From the NCBI GenBank assembly GCA_964245705.1, contig CAXTOD010000001.1, positions 1-47,952 on the forward strand: 47,952 nucleotides of DNA, given 5' to 3'. A model generated the notes under the pieces. The model was given only the letters and a program-made list of their open reading frames with translations, was not told the DNA's origin and searched no databases. The position numbers and the translations under genes are program-made. Within the stretch, counting starts at the first letter, position 1; every line of letters begins with the position of its first letter. The stretch comes from an uncultured Acetobacteraceae bacterium. Lineage in GTDB: Bacteria > Pseudomonadota > Alphaproteobacteria > Acetobacterales > Acetobacteraceae. This document shows positions 8,265-17,362 of this stretch, in pieces.

Positions 8265-8783
8265 ATGTCAGCGATCAACAAGGAACCGGTAGCCTGCTGG
8301 GCCCCTGGCGGCGGCTACACCCGGACCGCTCCAAGCGCAGAATGGTGCGCCTTCGTGGATGACGAGACCGGCGACTACGTCGAGGGCTTGATGAGATGCG
8401 GATATCAACGCATCGGCAGGTCTGGGACCTGGGGCGATGAGGATTTCCGGCTCGAACTGGATGTCTTCCAGCACGAGAAGACAAAGGAACTGATCGTGGA
8501 CCTCAGCAACACCGATGCTGGAGTGGCGCGGGTGTTCGTGGCCGGCGATCATGCCGAGGCTTTCCTGTTCACGGAATACCTGCGCATCCACGAGCAGGTC
8601 ACTCGAATCAACAACTCCGATCATGAGAAGGTCACCCACAAGGCGATCCTGTCCTTCATCCGGCACGGGCACGGCAAGTCGACGATCAGCGAGTTCGGCA
8701 AGACACGCGACGAGGCGAACGTCCGTATAGCGGGCGAACGCGCCCGGCGTGAGCGGGAGCAGGCCGCGCAGTCCAAGGCCTAA
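8265..8783 (+). CDS. Hypothetical protein upstream of primase
   Basis: SD AAGGA; 172-aa globular-looking ORF. Confidence 0.7.
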   Translation: MSAINKEPVACWAPGGGYTRTAPSAEWCAFVDDETGDYVEGLMRCGYQRIGRSGTWGDEDFRLELDVFQHEKTKELIVDLSNTDAGVARVFVAGDHAEAFLFTEYLRIHEQVTRINNSDHEKVTHKAILSFIRHGHGKSTISEFGKTRDEANVRIAGERARREREQAAQSKA

Positions 8784-8791
8784 CCTTACCC

Positions 8792-11101
8792 ATGACTGCC
8801 ATGGCTGCCGGCGGAAGCGTGTTCCAGGACTACGCCGAGACCATCGCGCGCGCTCTCCTGGGTGAGCCGAACGACGACCTGTCGAGCAAGGACCGCCTGC
8901 GCTTCGGCAACCATGGCAGCCTCTCCGTCGAGGTCGGCGGCGACAACAAGGGGCGCTGGTTCGACCACGAGGAGAGCGTCGGCGGCGGCATGCTGGACCT
9001 GATCCGGCGCAAGCAGGCCTGTGATGTGCCGGAAGCGCTGGAGTGGGCGCGCAGCAACGGGGTGCCGCTCGATCCGCCCAAGGAGAAGAAGTCGTTCGGT
9101 CGCATCGTCGCGACCTACGACTACTTCGGCGCCGACGGCGTGCTGCTCTACCAGGTGGTCCGCCTGGATCCGAAGGACTTCCGGCAGCGCAAGCCGGACG
9201 GCGCCGGCGGCTGGAACTGGAAGCTGGGCGATGTCCTGCGGGTGCCCTACCGCCTGCCCGAGCTGCTCGCCGCCGACCCGGACGAGACCGTGTTCGTGGT
9301 CGAGGGGGAGAAGGACGTCGACCGGCTCCGCGCCATGGGCCTGGTGGCGACCTGCAACGCCGGTGGCGCTGCCAAGCCCGGGCAGCGCAGCAAGTGGCCG
9401 GCCGGCTTCCGGGAGTTCTTCGCGCGGCGCGACGTCGTCATCCTGCCGGACAACGACGAGCCGGGCGAGGCGCACGCGGCCTCCGTCGCCAACAACCTGA
9501 CAGGGGACGGTGCCACCGCCCGCTCGGTCAGGATCGTGCGGCTGCCCAACCTGCCGCCGAAGGGCGACGTGTCGGACTGGATCGCCGACGATGGGGACGT
9601 GGTGTCGCTGCGCCGGCTGGTCGACCAGGCGCCGCTCTACACCCGGATCGCACCGCGGCCGGAGCTGCCGACGGTGGAGAGCACGGCGACCGCCGCGGCG
9701 CCGATCCTGGCGAACCTCGGCGCCTACATGCTCAACCAGGACAGCCTGGCGCTCGCCTACGCGGAGGCGCACGGGTCGCGGCTGCGCTACTGCCACCACG
9801 CATGCCACTGGTACGTCTGGACAGGCTCGATCTGGCTGCGCGACGAGACCGGGCTCGGCTTCAACCTGGCCCGCGAGCTTTGCCGGCAGGCGGCGTTCAA
9901 GCTCGAGCCGGGCCAGAAGAAGGACGACATGGCCAAGGCCTCGACCTCGGCCTCCGTCGAGCGGATGGCGAAGGTCGACCGGGCCCTGGCGGTGACGGCG
10001 ACGTCCTGGGACCAGAACCCGTGGCTGCTCGGCACGCCGGACGGGACCGTCGACCTGCGCACCGGCGCGCTCCAGCCGTCCCGGCAGGACGACCTGATCA
10101 CCAAGAAGACCGCCGTGTCGCCGGCACCGGCCGGGACGGCCCATCCGCTGTGGTCGGCCTTCCTCGACCAGGCCACCGGCAGCGACAAGGAGCTGCAGGC
10201 CTTCCTGCAGCGGCTGGTCGGCTACTGCCTGACCGGCGACATCACCGAGGAGATGCTGGCCTTCCTCTACGGCGACGGCGGCACCGGCAAGGGCACGTTC
10301 ATCGGGACGATCGTGGCCGTGCTGGCGGACTACGCGGTCGCGGTGCCGATCGAGGTGTTCACCGCCGGCTCGAAGATCAACCTGGAGTACTACCGGGCTC
10401 AGATGGCCGGCGCCCGCCTGGTGACGGCCAGCGAGACCGAAGGCGGCGCCACCTGGGCCGAGAGCCAGATCAAGGAGATGACGGGCAACGAGACGCCGCT
10501 GTCGGCCCGGCAGCCCTACGGCAAGGCGTTCACCTACCGACCCACGTTCAAGATCGTGCTGGTCGGCAACCACGCGCCGCGGCTCAAGGGGCGGTCCAAG
10601 GCGATGGAACGGCGCCTGCGGATCGCGCCGTTCAAGCTGCAGCCCAAGAAGCCCGACCTGTCGCTCAAGGAGCGGCTGCGTGCCGAGTACCCGGCGATCC
10701 TGCGCTGGGCGATCGACGGGTGCCTGGCGTGGCAACGTAGCCGGCTCGGCACGTCGGCGGCTGTGGCAGCCGAGAGCAGCGCCTATTTCGAGCAGCAGGA
10801 CCACTTCGGCCGCTGGATGGCAGAGCGGTGCATGACCGGGACCGACATGGTCGGCAAGCCGCTGAAGGAGAAGCCGAGCAAGCTGCTGGGCAGCTTCCTC
10901 CTGTGGGCCAAGGAGAACAACGAGGCCGCCGTCAACTCCGGCGAGTTTCGGGAGATGATCGAGCGCACGGCGGGGCTGCGCTACACGAAGATCAAGGGAA
11001 CTCCCCTGGTGTCCGGGATCGCCCTAGCGCCCGAGCGGACAGACAACTCGCGCTACGGCGAACGCGCCGATGCGGACGATGCAGATGAATTCATCAACTA
11101 G
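8792..11101 (+). CDS. Primase-helicase (TOPRIM + D5_N + SF3 helicase, P4 family)
   Basis: VVEGEKDVD and ILPDNDEPG (TOPRIM); GTVDLRTG; Walker A GDGGTGKGT; RLVTASE; IVLVGNHAP. Confidence 0.93.
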   Translation: MTAMAAGGSVFQDYAETIARALLGEPNDDLSSKDRLRFGNHGSLSVEVGGDNKGRWFDHEESVGGGMLDLIRRKQACDVPEALEWARSNGVPLDPPKEKKSFGRIVATYDYFGADGVLLYQVVRLDPKDFRQRKPDGAGGWNWKLGDVLRVPYRLPELLAADPDETVFVVEGEKDVDRLRAMGLVATCNAGGAAKPGQRSKWPAGFREFFARRDVVILPDNDEPGEAHAASVANNLTGDGATARSVRIVRLPNLPPKGDVSDWIADDGDVVSLRRLVDQAPLYTRIAPRPELPTVESTATAAAPILANLGAYMLNQDSLALAYAEAHGSRLRYCHHACHWYVWTGSIWLRDETGLGFNLARELCRQAAFKLEPGQKKDDMAKASTSASVERMAKVDRALAVTATSWDQNPWLLGTPDGTVDLRTGALQPSRQDDLITKKTAVSPAPAGTAHPLWSAFLDQATGSDKELQAFLQRLVGYCLTGDITEEMLAFLYGDGGTGKGTFIGTIVAVLADYAVAVPIEVFTAGSKINLEYYRAQMAGARLVTASETEGGATWAESQIKEMTGNETPLSARQPYGKAFTYRPTFKIVLVGNHAPRLKGRSKAMERRLRIAPFKLQPKKPDLSLKERLRAEYPAILRWAIDGCLAWQRSRLGTSAAVAAESSAYFEQQDHFGRWMAERCMTGTDMVGKPLKEKPSKLLGSFLLWAKENNEAAVNSGEFREMIERTAGLRYTKIKGTPLVSGIALAPERTDNSRYGERADADDADEFIN

Positions 11102-11123
11102 GGCCAGCGAGATTAGGATGATC

Positions 11124-11810
11124 CTATGTCTTCTTCGAACGATTACGTGCGAGCTTCGCAGCCTTCCGGCGGTCGTGGCGGTTACCTGAAGGTCTCTCCA
11201 AGTCTTGCGTTTGCACTCGGGATTGGCGTCGCGACGATAATCTGGTCGGGGATCCTTCTGCCTGCGCAGTGGCATCTCCAAGCTTCTTCTGCATTAGAGC
11301 GTAGATCTTCTGCTGAACTTGTATCAGCGTCTCAGTCTCTTGTATCGACGTCTCGGTCGCTTGCTGCTGATGCAAGGAATCTGTGTGTTGTTGACCAGCA
11401 GACTCATCCGAAGGGATAGCGGCATATAAAGCTATCACCAGACCCAGTATTCCAATTATGACGCTCAGGGCAGTGCCGTTCTCATTCAGCCAACGCCATA
11501 GTGTTCCAAAGCTATGGCTGATGTCTTCGGCACGGACTTCCGCCTCTTCCGCCGTAATACTTCCGGCTTTTGCAGCTTCGGCGACAGCTTGGAAGGCAAT
11601 TATGCTGTTGCGAGATACTCCCGGAGCAAACGTGGTTTCGACAACCTTCCCGACGGCATTGTAGAGACCATCCTCCAGTCGAGCGGCTCCCCCGCAGAGA
11701 GGGCAGTCTGTTCCGACGCGTGTCAGTTTCAAGGTCCCGCCGCCCTGAACGGCGAAAATGTTCGACTGCCAAGAATAGCCGCAATTCAGGCAACGCGCAG
11801 GTATCGCCAA
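11124..11810 (-). CDS. Orphan single-pass membrane protein with N-terminal zinc ribbon and basic tail
   Basis: CLNC...CPLC; TM ALSVIIGILGLVIALYAAI; Q-rich coil; NRHDRRKAAK; AT-richer than flanks. Confidence 0.7.
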   Translation of the reverse strand: MAIPARCLNCGYSWQSNIFAVQGGGTLKLTRVGTDCPLCGGAARLEDGLYNAVGKVVETTFAPGVSRNSIIAFQAVAEAAKAGSITAEEAEVRAEDISHSFGTLWRWLNENGTALSVIIGILGLVIALYAAIPSDESAGQQHTDSLHQQQATETSIQETETLIQVQQKIYALMQKKLGDATAQAEGSPTRLSSRRQSRVQTQDLERPSGNRHDRRKAAKLARNRSKKT

Positions 11811-11857
11811 TTCATCAACTCACTGAGCCAAAGTCACTTCTGAGCGCCTTCCCGTGC

Positions 11858-11983
11858 TTACGGCAACTCGCTTTGAAGCCTCGTCGCGCGTGTCGCCAGA
11901 GGTGGGCAAGCCAGGCAGGCCAGAACGGTGGCGGTGAAGCCGTCCGCCTCCTCCAGCACCTCAACAGGATACTCGTAGCGCAT
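11858..11983 (-). pseudogene. hicB: Frameshifted, truncated HicB-like antitoxin remnant
   Basis: MRYEYPVEVLEEADGFTATV, then after a frameshift near 11922 GLPGLPTSGDTRDEA, matching the HicB N-terminal pattern. Confidence 0.65.
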
Positions 11984-11988
11984 CTCCG

Positions 11989-12288
11989 CTACTCCACCGC
12001 CCGCCGCAGCGTCTCGTTGATCCGGCTCTGCCAGCCCGGCCCGGTCGCGCGCCAGCGCTCCAGCACGTCCTGGTCGACGCGTAGCGAGATCAGCTCCTTC
12101 GTCGGCGCCTTCTGCGGGCCACGTCGGCGCACGTAGTCCGCCACCAGCTCGGGACAGACCTCGGAGGCCGGCCTGGCGGCGGCGAACATCTCGTCGGAGA
12201 CCTCGGGGTTGTCCGGATCCAGAGCGATGCCCCGGTTGATGGCATCCTCCTCCTCGTCGGTCGGATAGATCAGCTCAGGCTTCCTCAT
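11989..12288 (-). CDS. brnA: BrnA antitoxin
   Basis: DPDNPE...RRRGPQKAPTKELISLRVDQDVLERWRATGPGWQSRINETLR. Confidence 0.92.
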   Translation of the reverse strand: MRKPELIYPTDEEEDAINRGIALDPDNPEVSDEMFAAARPASEVCPELVADYVRRRGPQKAPTKELISLRVDQDVLERWRATGPGWQSRINETLRRAVE

Positions 12289-12535
12289 AACGCTTGATCT
12301 CCCTTCTGTTGGCAGGGCGAAGGCTGATGACGCGAACCCTTGCCGTCTCGATGCTGTAGACCAGCACATGCAGCCGCTTTGCGATTGGCCCGATGGCGAT
12401 CAGCCGAGGCTCGTTCGCTCCGAGAGACGCGTAGACGGTCGCCACCTCCCACTCGAACAGCTCGACCGACGCGAAGTCCACGCCGTGCTTGGCGAGGTTG
12501 CTGAGGCGCTTCGCTGGGTCCCAGTCGAACTGCAT
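12275..12535 (-). CDS. brnT: BrnT ribonuclease toxin
   Basis: MQFDWDPAKRLSNLAKHGVDF...EPRLIAIG...RVISLRPANRRE; overlaps the brnA start. Confidence 0.92.
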   Translation of the reverse strand: MQFDWDPAKRLSNLAKHGVDFASVELFEWEVATVYASLGANEPRLIAIGPIAKRLHVLVYSIETARVRVISLRPANRREIKRYEEA

Positions 12536-12542
12536 GAGGTTG

Positions 12543-12585
12543 GTATATACGATCTGAATAGGTGCAGCAAGCTTATCGTATATAC
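12543..12585. promoter_or_regulatory. Inverted-repeat operator/promoter of brnTA
   Basis: GTATATACGAT (12543-12553) ... ATCGTATATAC (12575-12585), a perfect 11-bp inverted repeat. Confidence 0.7.
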
Positions 12586-12593
12586 GCAGGTTG

Positions 12594-12730
12594 CTGGGGG
12601 GGATGGGTGGGGAGGGCTTTTTCCAAACTTTCTCAGATAGGCTCCTTACGTTCTCGTAACGCACGCGCACGCGCACACATAACGTGAAACAGAAAAGTTC
12701 GATATTTGCCTTCACCCCCCGGCCCCCCAG
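12594..12730. other. Candidate replication origin / structured non-coding element
   Basis: G-rich left arm and C-rich right arm form an imperfect inverted repeat around an AT-richer core with tandem GCACGC repeats. Confidence 0.35.
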
Positions 12731-12804
12731 CAATTACTTTCGCTTCCGCTTCCTGTTCTCGCGGGTCTATGCTTCAATGGTTTATCCTCATTGTCCTCGG
12801 TTCG

Positions 12805-13173
12805 ATGAACGCAATGACCTCGGTAGAGCCTGCGGTCTACGCCCTCGCCCAGCTGAACCTCGACACCGGCTCCCACACGCTTTCTGGCCCTCGTGGGCAC
12901 GTCATGATGCCGCCCCGCCCCTACCGCGTCCTGGAGCGCCTGATGCGGCGTCCTGGGGCTCTGGTGACGGTCTCGGACCTGGTGGCCGCCATGTACCCCG
13001 ACGACGAGCCGGACAGTGCCGAAAACGGGCTGCGGCAGCAGATCCTGCGGCTGCGCAACGTGGTGCACATGATCGCCGGCGACAGCGTGGTGTGGATCAG
13101 GACGGAGGTGGGCGTGGGGTATGCGATCGACGTGCGGCGGCCTCGAGCGCCGGTGATGATGGAGAGGGCGTGA
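12805..13173 (+). CDS. Stand-alone OmpR/PhoB/CtrA-type winged-helix protein, candidate late regulator
   Basis: YRVLERLMRRPGALVTVSDLVAAMY...LRQQILRLR...IRTEVGVGY; no receiver domain; TGATG coupling to terS. Confidence 0.85.
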   Translation: MNAMTSVEPAVYALAQLNLDTGSHTLSGPRGHVMMPPRPYRVLERLMRRPGALVTVSDLVAAMYPDDEPDSAENGLRQQILRLRNVVHMIAGDSVVWIRTEVGVGYAIDVRRPRAPVMMERA

Positions 13174-13649
13174 TGGCCGGCAAGACGCGGCTCTACACGC
13201 CGGAGATCGCCGAGACGATCCTGGAGCGGCTGGCGGACGGCGAGGGCCTGATCGCCATCTGCAAGGACGAGGGCATGCCCAGTGATGGCGCGGTGCGTTA
13301 CTGGGTCGAGGCAGACACCCATGGCTTCTCCGCGAGATACGCGAGCGCGCGTGCGCGCGGGATCGAGCGCCTGGCCGACGAGATCCTGGAGATTTCGGAC
13401 GACGGCCGCAATGACACCTATCGGGACGACGAGGGCAACGTCCGCACCGACTACGACGTGGTGAACCGCTCCAAGCTCCGCGTGGACAGCCGGAAGTGGC
13501 TCCTGTCCAAGCTGCTGCCCAAGCAGTTCGGCGAGCGCCTGGACCTCAACCACAGCGGCGAGGTGGGCATCAAGGACGTGCCCGACGAAGGGCTGGCGGC
13601 GCGCGCGGAGGCGCTGCTGAAGCAGGCGCAGGGCACCGGTGAACCTTGA
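13173..13649 (+). CDS. terS: Terminase small subunit (Sf6-like)
   Basis: YTPEIAETILERLADGEGLIAICKDEGMPS...YASAR...RSKLRVDSRKWLLSKLLPKQFG. Confidence 0.9.
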   Translation: MAGKTRLYTPEIAETILERLADGEGLIAICKDEGMPSDGAVRYWVEADTHGFSARYASARARGIERLADEILEISDDGRNDTYRDDEGNVRTDYDVVNRSKLRVDSRKWLLSKLLPKQFGERLDLNHSGEVGIKDVPDEGLAARAEALLKQAQGTGEP

Positions 13650-14382
13650 CCTCCTCCGGCCGGCTGAGCAGCGCGAGCTCATCGCCATCCTCGAGGAGCA
13701 GGCCCGGCGCCGATCCCGCCGCAAGCTGTTCACCTACTACCCCGATGCCGGTCCGCTGCGCCGCGAGCTCTACAGCAAGCACCTCGCGTTCTTCCGCGCC
13801 GGCGCGCAGCACCGCCAGCGCCTGATGCTGGCCGCCAACCGCGTGGGTAAGACCGAGGGCATGGGCGGCTACGAGACGGCGCTGCACCTGACCGGGCGCT
13901 ATCCACCCTGGTGGGAGGGCCGGCGGTTCGAGAAGCCGATCCACGCCTGGGCGGCCGGGCGCACGAACGAGACGACGCGCGACATCATCCAGGCCAAGCT
14001 GTTCGGCCGCGTGATCCAGGGCGACGCCGGCCGCAAGACGGTGAGCGGCACCGGGCTGGTCCCGGGCGAGGACATCGGCGAGATCACCTGGAAGCAGGGC
14101 GGCAACCAGCTGATCGACACGGTGCCGATCAGGCACGTGTCCGGCGGCTGGTCGATCCTCGGCCTGAAGAGCTACCAGCAGGGCAGCGGCACCTTCGAGG
14201 GCACGGAGCAGGAGCTGGTGTGGCTCGACGAGGAGCCGCCGATGAGCGTCTACGCCGAGTGCCTGACGCGCACCATGACCACGGACGGGTTGGTGATCCT
14301 GACGTTCACGCCACTTGAGGGGATGAGCGAGGTCGTGCTCTCGTTTCTGGAGGGCGGGAAGCTGCCGGAGAGCGAGGGGTGA
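13639..14382 (+). CDS. terL: Terminase large subunit, ATPase half (P22 gp2-like)
   Basis: RLMLAANRVGKT (Walker A), VWLDEEPP (Walker B), TFTP coupling motif. Confidence 0.9.
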   Translation: MNLDLLRPAEQRELIAILEEQARRRSRRKLFTYYPDAGPLRRELYSKHLAFFRAGAQHRQRLMLAANRVGKTEGMGGYETALHLTGRYPPWWEGRRFEKPIHAWAAGRTNETTRDIIQAKLFGRVIQGDAGRKTVSGTGLVPGEDIGEITWKQGGNQLIDTVPIRHVSGGWSILGLKSYQQGSGTFEGTEQELVWLDEEPPMSVYAECLTRTMTTDGLVILTFTPLEGMSEVVLSFLEGGKLPESEG

Positions 14383-15110
14383 GCCGCTGGGTCGGCACCT
14401 GCACCTGGGACGACGTGCCGCACCTCAGCGCGACGCAGAAGAACGAGCTGCTGAGCGAGTACTCGCCCTACCAGCGCGACGCCCGGTCCAAGGGCGTGCC
14501 GCAGCTGGGCAGCGGCGCGATCTACCCGGTGCCCGAGAGCGACATCACCTGCGCACCGATCGAGATCCCCGCGTGGTGGCCGCGCGCCTATGGGCTCGAC
14601 GTCGGCTGGAACCGCACCGCCGGCATCTGGGGCGCGCACGACCGCGAGGCGGACGTCGTCTACCTCTACGCCGAGCACTACCGCGGCCAGGCCGAGCCGG
14701 CCGTGCACGCCGAGGCGATCAAGGCACGCGGCGCCTGGATGACCGGCACCATCGACCCGGCCAGCCGCGGCCGCGGGCAGCGCGACGGGCAGCAGCTGTT
14801 CCAGAACTACATCGACCTGGGCCTGACGCTGGTGCCGGCCGAGAACGGCGTAGAGAGCGGGATCCACGACGTCTACCAGCGGCTGAGCAGCGGCCGGCTC
14901 AAGGTGTTCACCACCTGCCAGAACTGGCTGACCGAGTTCCGCCTCTACCGTCGCGACGACAAGGGGCAGGTGGTCAAGACCATGGACCACCTGATGGACG
15001 CGACCCGCTACCTGATCGTCATGCTGGCGTCGATCGAGCGCGTGATGCCGGACTACCTGGTCAAGGCCGGGCTGATGCCGCGCGTGCAGCAGGAGTATGA
15101 CCCGTGGTGA
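14379..15110 (+). CDS. terL: Terminase large subunit, nuclease half
   Basis: WDDVPHL...RDARSKGVPQLGSGAIY, GLDVGW, DHLMDATRY; SD GGAG and GTGA overlap. Confidence 0.9.
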   Translation: MSRWVGTCTWDDVPHLSATQKNELLSEYSPYQRDARSKGVPQLGSGAIYPVPESDITCAPIEIPAWWPRAYGLDVGWNRTAGIWGAHDREADVVYLYAEHYRGQAEPAVHAEAIKARGAWMTGTIDPASRGRGQRDGQQLFQNYIDLGLTLVPAENGVESGIHDVYQRLSSGRLKVFTTCQNWLTEFRLYRRDDKGQVVKTMDHLMDATRYLIVMLASIERVMPDYLVKAGLMPRVQQEYDPW

Positions 15111-15117
15111 GGCGCAC

Positions 15118-15150
15118 GCCATAACACCGCCGTAACACCCCCATGCCACC
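15118..15150 (+). promoter_or_regulatory. 11-bp direct-repeat late-promoter motif, copy 1
   Basis: GCCATAACACC-GCCGTAACACC plus degenerate CCCATGCCACC. Confidence 0.75.
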
Positions 15151-15158
15151 CACCCGGC

Positions 15159-15368
15159 ATGGGCATGAAGTCTCCCGCACCGCCGACGCCGCTGACGCCC
15201 ACGCCGTCGCCCACCGGCACCGCCGCGTCCACCATCGTCCAGGGCGCGCAGAACACGGCGAACCTCAACGCAGCTGCGGCGGCCGGCGCCAGCAGCACCA
15301 TCCTGACCAGCGCCATGGGGCTGGCGACGACGAACACGAACCAGCCGAAGACGCTGTTGGGGGGATAG
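15159..15368 (+). CDS. Small virion-module protein preceding portal
   Basis: Pro/Ala-rich with STILTS...KTLLGG end, typical of BPP-1/epsilon15-like phages. Confidence 0.75.
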   Translation: MGMKSPAPPTPLTPTPSPTGTAASTIVQGAQNTANLNAAAAAGASSTILTSAMGLATTNTNQPKTLLGG

Positions 15369-17087
15369 ATGGCGCGCGACGCCATCCTCGACCGGCCTGC
15401 CGTCCCTCAGCCGGTCGCCGACCTGCTCCGCGACACCGATCAGCGCCTCGTGCAGCTGCGCCTGGACCGGCACTCCTATTGGGAGACGTGGCGCGACCTC
15501 AGCCACTACATCATGCCCAACCTCGGGCGCTACTTGGCGCTGCCGAACGAGGGCAACCGCGGCACGCCGAAGAACCGCCGCATCATCGACCGGACCGGCA
15601 CCATCGCCATGGGCCGGCTGTCGTCGTTCCTGATGGCTGGCATCACCAGCCCGGCGCGCGCCTGGTTCCAGCTGGGCACGAACAACACCACGGTGAATGA
15701 CGCCGACCCGGTGCGCCTGTGGTGCGCCGAGGTGACGCGTCGGATGCTGACGGTGCTGGCCAGCGGGAACTTCTACAACGCCATCGGGCAGGTCTACCGC
15801 GAACTCGGCACCTACGGCACCGGCGCGATGATCGCCATACCGGACTTCGAGGACGTGGTCCGGTTCTTCCCGCTGACCGCCGGCGAGTTCCTGCTGGGCA
15901 TCGACGAGCGGCTGGAGGTGAACGTCCTGATCCGGGAGTACCTGCAGAACGCCGGCCAGCTGGTGAGGAAGTTCGGGCTGGGCGCGTGCTCGGGCACGGT
16001 GCAGAGCCTCTACCTCAGCAACCAGCTGAACCGCGAGGTTCCGGTCGTCCACGCCATCATGCCGAACCGGGCGATCAAGCGCGGCGCGTTCGGCTGGCAG
16101 GGCATGCCGTGGCTCTCGGTCTACTACGAGTATGGCCAGGCCGCGCAGGGCGCGCTGCGGATCGAGGGGTTCCCCGAGAAGCCGTTCATCGCGCCGCGCT
16201 GGCTGGTGGTCAGCAACGACGCCTACGGCCACGGCCCGGGCGAGGACGCGCTGCCGGACATCAAGAGCCTGCAGAAGGCGCAGCTGAAGCTGGCCGAGCT
16301 GGTGGACAAGCAGGCGAACCCGCCGCTGGTCGCGGACGCCGCCATGGAGCAGCGCATCACCACGCTCTTGCCAGGCGGGCTGAACTTCGTGCCCGGCATG
16401 GGGCAGATGCAGAACGGCGGCGGCATCCGCCCGATCTACCAAGTGCCACCGAACATCCAGAGCCTGCAGGAGCGGGTGAAAGAGTTCCAGGACAGCATCA
16501 AGTCCACCATGTTCAACGACCTGATCCAGGCGATCAGCCAGATGGAGGGCGTGCAGCCGCGCAACGAGCTTGAGATCCAGGCCCGGCAGCAGGAGCAGAT
16601 GCTGATGCTGGGCCCGATGCTGGAGCGGTTCCACAACGAGGGCCTGAGCCCGGTGATCCGCACCGTGTTCAGCATCATGGACCGGGCCGGCCTGATCCCG
16701 CCGAAGCCGCCGCAGATGCGCGGCATGCCGCTGGAGCCGAGCTACGTGTCGATCATGGCGCAGGCGCAGAAGGCGGTCGGGCTGACGGCGATCGAACAGA
16801 CCTTCAAGTTCGCTGCCGGACTCGTGGCAGTGCAGCCGGACGCCATGGACACTTACGACACCGACGAGGCGCTGCGCGAGTACGGGATCATGACCGGGAT
16901 GCCGGCGCCGATCATCCGCTCGAAGGAGCAGGTGGCTGCGATCCAGGCCAGCCGCGCCAAGCAGCAGCAGGACCAGCAGACCATGCAGAACGGCCTGGCC
17001 GTGGCGCAGGGCGCCAAGGTGCTAGGCGACACGCAGGTCGGCGGCGGCGTGAACGCGCTGCAGGCCATCGCCGGCGGCATGCAGTGA
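15369..17087 (+). CDS. Portal / head-tail connector (T7 gp8 / BPP-1-like)
   Basis: LMAGITSPARAWF, SGNFY, ELGTYGTG, PRW...YGHGPG, MLGPMLERFHNEGLSP. Confidence 0.93.
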   Translation: MARDAILDRPAVPQPVADLLRDTDQRLVQLRLDRHSYWETWRDLSHYIMPNLGRYLALPNEGNRGTPKNRRIIDRTGTIAMGRLSSFLMAGITSPARAWFQLGTNNTTVNDADPVRLWCAEVTRRMLTVLASGNFYNAIGQVYRELGTYGTGAMIAIPDFEDVVRFFPLTAGEFLLGIDERLEVNVLIREYLQNAGQLVRKFGLGACSGTVQSLYLSNQLNREVPVVHAIMPNRAIKRGAFGWQGMPWLSVYYEYGQAAQGALRIEGFPEKPFIAPRWLVVSNDAYGHGPGEDALPDIKSLQKAQLKLAELVDKQANPPLVADAAMEQRITTLLPGGLNFVPGMGQMQNGGGIRPIYQVPPNIQSLQERVKEFQDSIKSTMFNDLIQAISQMEGVQPRNELEIQARQQEQMLMLGPMLERFHNEGLSPVIRTVFSIMDRAGLIPPKPPQMRGMPLEPSYVSIMAQAQKAVGLTAIEQTFKFAAGLVAVQPDAMDTYDTDEALREYGIMTGMPAPIIRSKEQVAAIQASRAKQQQDQQTMQNGLAVAQGAKVLGDTQVGGGVNALQAIAGGMQ

Positions 17088-17338
17088 CCCACGATCCAAC
17101 CAACCCCGACGACGTCAAGCAGCGCCGTGCGTCCGACGCCGTGCGCCGCAAGCAGGCCGAGACCGACCTGGAATGGGTGCTGTCCGATCCGCGTGGCCAG
17201 CGCGTGCTCGCCCGCATCGTCGAGGACTGCGGCGTCAGCCGGCTGTCGTTCGTGGCCGGCGATCCGCTCGCCACGGCGTTCAACGAGGGGCGCCGCTCGG
17301 TCGGCATCTTTCTCGCAGGTGCCATAACACCGCCGTAA
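17084..17338 (+). CDS. Bbp19-like small protein
   Basis: DLEWVLSDPRGQRVL...TAFNEGRRSVG; position after portal. Confidence 0.8.
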   Translation: MTHDPTNPDDVKQRRASDAVRRKQAETDLEWVLSDPRGQRVLARIVEDCGVSRLSFVAGDPLATAFNEGRRSVGIFLAGAITPP

Positions 17339-17342
17339 CACG
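17321..17342 (+). promoter_or_regulatory. 11-bp direct-repeat late-promoter motif, copy 2
   Basis: GCCATAACACC-GCCGTAACACG, overlapping the upstream stop codon. Confidence 0.75.
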
Positions 17343-17362
17343 GGCCGGCCAGACAGCGTGGC

